Virus record (IMG/VR): IMGVR_UViG_3300031519_000183
Span: 1-26,522 of that record
Length of the DNA: 26,522 bases
Reading direction: 5' to 3' (one strand)
Source: a virus
Taxonomy: Duplodnaviria; Caudoviricetes
Part shown: in pieces, positions 24,416-26,522 of the stretch
Layout: every line of letters begins with the position of its first letter
How positions within the stretch are numbered: position 1 is the first letter of the stretch
Notes under the pieces: model-generated
The model's database searches: none
What the model was told of the DNA's origin: nothing
The model's input: the letters and a program-made list of their open reading frames with translations, nothing else
Program-made: the position numbers and the translations under genes

Positions 24416-26403
24416 TACGCTGTCCTCGCTGCTTGTTCGCCTGCTTTCTGAAGAGCGTACATGGTTCTTGCTCCTTCGCGTCTTTGATCTACTTTGCTCT
24501 TAGGTTTTTTTCTTCCCATCAGATTACCAATTCCCCTGACCGCTGCTGCGTTAACAACAAATTCTCCATCAGAAAGCATGGCTGGTATATCATCTGATTT
24601 CTCTGTACCCGGTCCAGCAATCTGCCCGTTCATTCTGGGGTACGAGGTTGATCCTCCTGAAGCTAAAGACATTAATCCGCCATAAGCTTTTTCTTGAATA
24701 ACGCCTCTTGGTCCAGACACTCCGCCTGGCCCTGTGCCTTCATAGTTGGCATACAACTGATTAGGAACACCTTTGTATCCTAGATTAAAATCAGGCACTT
24801 GGCCTTCAGGCATAAAAGTTTTTATGTCTTTAAAAGCTGGGTCTAGTTGCTGCAAGGGAGATGGCCCTGCAGGATCAAACAGATCATCTCTTCCGTAAAC
24901 TTCTAAGGATCTTTTTTCTGCAGCTTCTTGCAATGAAGTAGGATCTGAATCTTCGTTACCTCCAAGCAGAGCACCTAACCCTAAAAGAAGCATTAACCAT
25001 TTAGGTACGATGCCTTTTGGCAGAGTAGTAGCATGGCCTTTTGCCATAGCTTTGCCATTCTCGCTTAGAGTGTCATACCCTCCCTCCTGCAAAGCTATAT
25101 CATAAGCTTCTTTAGCAGTACCTGGAGTTACGCTACCCGGAACTGGAGTCGTGGTTGATCCCGGCGGAGTCGTGGTTGATCCCGGAACTGGAGTCGTACT
25201 TGATCCCGGAACTGGAGTCGTACTTGATCCCGGAAGTTCGGCTACTCCACCTTTTGGTTTAGAAGAAGATCCGCCCTTAAAAAGATTTTCTAATAATGCA
25301 ATGCCGCCAGCAACACCTGTAAGAATCCCAATGTTGCTCCAAAATCCACTGCCAACTTGCGGGTCTTTACCGTCAGCTAATCTTCCTTTGTTTTTTTTAT
25401 CTAAAACTGCTTTTGTTGCTTTTTCTAATGCATTTTTTTCTTCTGGAGTAGTTTCTTTATTATCGGATATTGCTTTATCAATTTGTTCTTGAGTGGGAGC
25501 TTCATTAGAAAGCCCGTATTCTTTTAATTGTTCTGGAGTTAATCCGCCAACATTAATTCCGCCATCGTAAGGCTGTCCCGTAAGAGGATTTATATTTGGA
25601 TCGATTGGTGGATTTAACTTTGTTGTAGGTTCGGCTGTATCTTTATTTATTTCATTAATGAGATCCTGTTTATCTCTATCTTCTTTTGCTTTATTTCTTA
25701 TTTTTTCTATTTCTTGATCAACGGCTATTTGTTTTTGTTCGTCTTCGTATTTTTTACGTTCTTCTGGGCTACGAAAATCTCCGCCTACAATAGGCGTTTG
25801 TCTGTTTGGATTATTTTCAAGTGCCGCTATCCCTTCGTCAACAGATAAAGGGTCAGGGTTAGTTCCTCCAAATCTTTCTCTAAACTGTTGAACAGTTTCT
25901 GGAATATTAAAGTTATCTAAAATTCCTTGAACAGATGCGTCAGGAGCGTTAGCGGCTGCTTTTAAATTTATTTGAGATCCTAAAGCAGCATATGCATTAT
26001 CTCTATTAGCAGGATTTTGAAAAGCTTGGTTATATCTATATTGTGGATTAGGATCTCCGTGGCTGGACATGTATGGATTAGGAGTTCTTGCATTTCTTTG
26101 CCCTGGTAGCATAGGAGACATGCCGTATTTATCTCTAACAACATCAGCGCCTGAGTTCCAATCAGTTCCGCCGTATGGACCATCTCGCTGACCCGTCTCC
26201 CCTGGGTTTATTATGCGGTTCATTCTTTGAACTAAGTTAGCAGTCTCAGGGTTAAGGTCGCCAAGACTTATGCCAGGCTTCCACCTTGGAAGGCTAGGTA
26301 TATATTCACCAAGATTAATCCATTCATTTTCGGAAAAGATTAGATCCGAAGGAATTGTTCTTTCTGGATTTTCTCCGCCGTCCATAATATCAGCCATTGT
26401 CAT
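24415..26403 (-). CDS. Putative virion/ejection protein with GPGT.KSDDIPAMLSDGEFV domain
   Basis: C-terminal GQIAGPGTEKSDDIPAMLSDGEFVVNAAAVRGIG; two hydrophobic segments flank a Pro/Thr repeat. Confidence 0.7.
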   Translation of the reverse strand: MTMADIMDGGENPERTIPSDLIFSENEWINLGEYIPSLPRWKPGISLGDLNPETANLVQRMNRIINPGETGQRDGPYGGTDWNSGADVVRDKYGMSPMLPGQRNARTPNPYMSSHGDPNPQYRYNQAFQNPANRDNAYAALGSQINLKAAANAPDASVQGILDNFNIPETVQQFRERFGGTNPDPLSVDEGIAALENNPNRQTPIVGGDFRSPEERKKYEDEQKQIAVDQEIEKIRNKAKEDRDKQDLINEINKDTAEPTTKLNPPIDPNINPLTGQPYDGGINVGGLTPEQLKEYGLSNEAPTQEQIDKAISDNKETTPEEKNALEKATKAVLDKKNKGRLADGKDPQVGSGFWSNIGILTGVAGGIALLENLFKGGSSSKPKGGVAELPGSSTTPVPGSSTTPVPGSTTTPPGSTTTPVPGSVTPGTAKEAYDIALQEGGYDTLSENGKAMAKGHATTLPKGIVPKWLMLLLGLGALLGGNEDSDPTSLQEAAEKRSLEVYGRDDLFDPAGPSPLQQLDPAFKDIKTFMPEGQVPDFNLGYKGVPNQLYANYEGTGPGGVSGPRGVIQEKAYGGLMSLASGGSTSYPRMNGQIAGPGTEKSDDIPAMLSDGEFVVNAAAVRGIGNLMGRKKPKSKVDQRREGARTMYALQKAGEQAARTA
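25136..25235 (-). repeat. Coding tandem repeat (PGSSTTPV)n
   Basis: Units of 24, 21, 24 and 24 bp, CCCGGAACTGGAGTCGT(GG/AC)TTGAT, plus a partial unit. Confidence 0.9.
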
Positions 26404-26404
26404 A

Positions 26405-26522
26405 TCAACACTTCCATCTTCTACGGGCCTGCCGTAGTCTAGAGTTTGGATTCTTTGCAGCCTTTGGAAACTTCTTCATTTGACCTGCTGATCTCGCACA
26501 AAAGGACTTTCTTCTCGCTGCA
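26405..26522 (-). CDS. DUF6321-like basic phage protein, C-terminal part (5' truncated)
   Basis: Manual translation AARRKSFCARSAGQMKKFPKAAKNPNSRLRQARRRWKC*. Confidence 0.8.
   Translation of the reverse strand, partial: AARRKSFCARSAGQMKKFPKAAKNPNSRLRQARRRWKC

Noticed and set aside
18154-25492. Short + strand ORFs within the virion genes
   Set aside because: Antisense shadows with no motifs or RBS.

Overview
Fragment of a tailed dsDNA bacteriophage genome, podovirus-like and resembling uncultured aquatic phages; no host, rRNA, tRNA or CRISPR features were seen. Left to right: the 5' end of the terminase large subunit (- strand, runs off the left edge); a regulatory or possible terminus region; a + strand 'early' block of small genes (615-5655) with a Gp88-like protein and a C5 DNA methyltransferase written in two fully overlapping frames; a - strand block (terminase small subunit, candidate iteron origin, DUF3310, thermonuclease, GIY-YIG protein, Prim-Pol/AAA primase-helicase); a divergent sigma70 promoter pair; a + strand recombination/replication block (AAA_24/Sak4-like ATPase, DUF669 SSB, RadD-like helicase, Cas4-like nuclease); then - strand DUF1064 and large putative internal virion/ejection proteins. 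The most notable unexplained element is a ~98 nt candidate small RNA (7133-7230, +) with its own promoter and terminator, whose three single-stranded segments are complementary to the ribosome-binding sites of the early genes. Other highlights are the two-frame methyltransferase, a switch-like or pseudoknotted RNA after the SSB gene, and a strand-polar AGGCCGCAAG repeat. Family assignments come from motif recognition by eye, not database searches.
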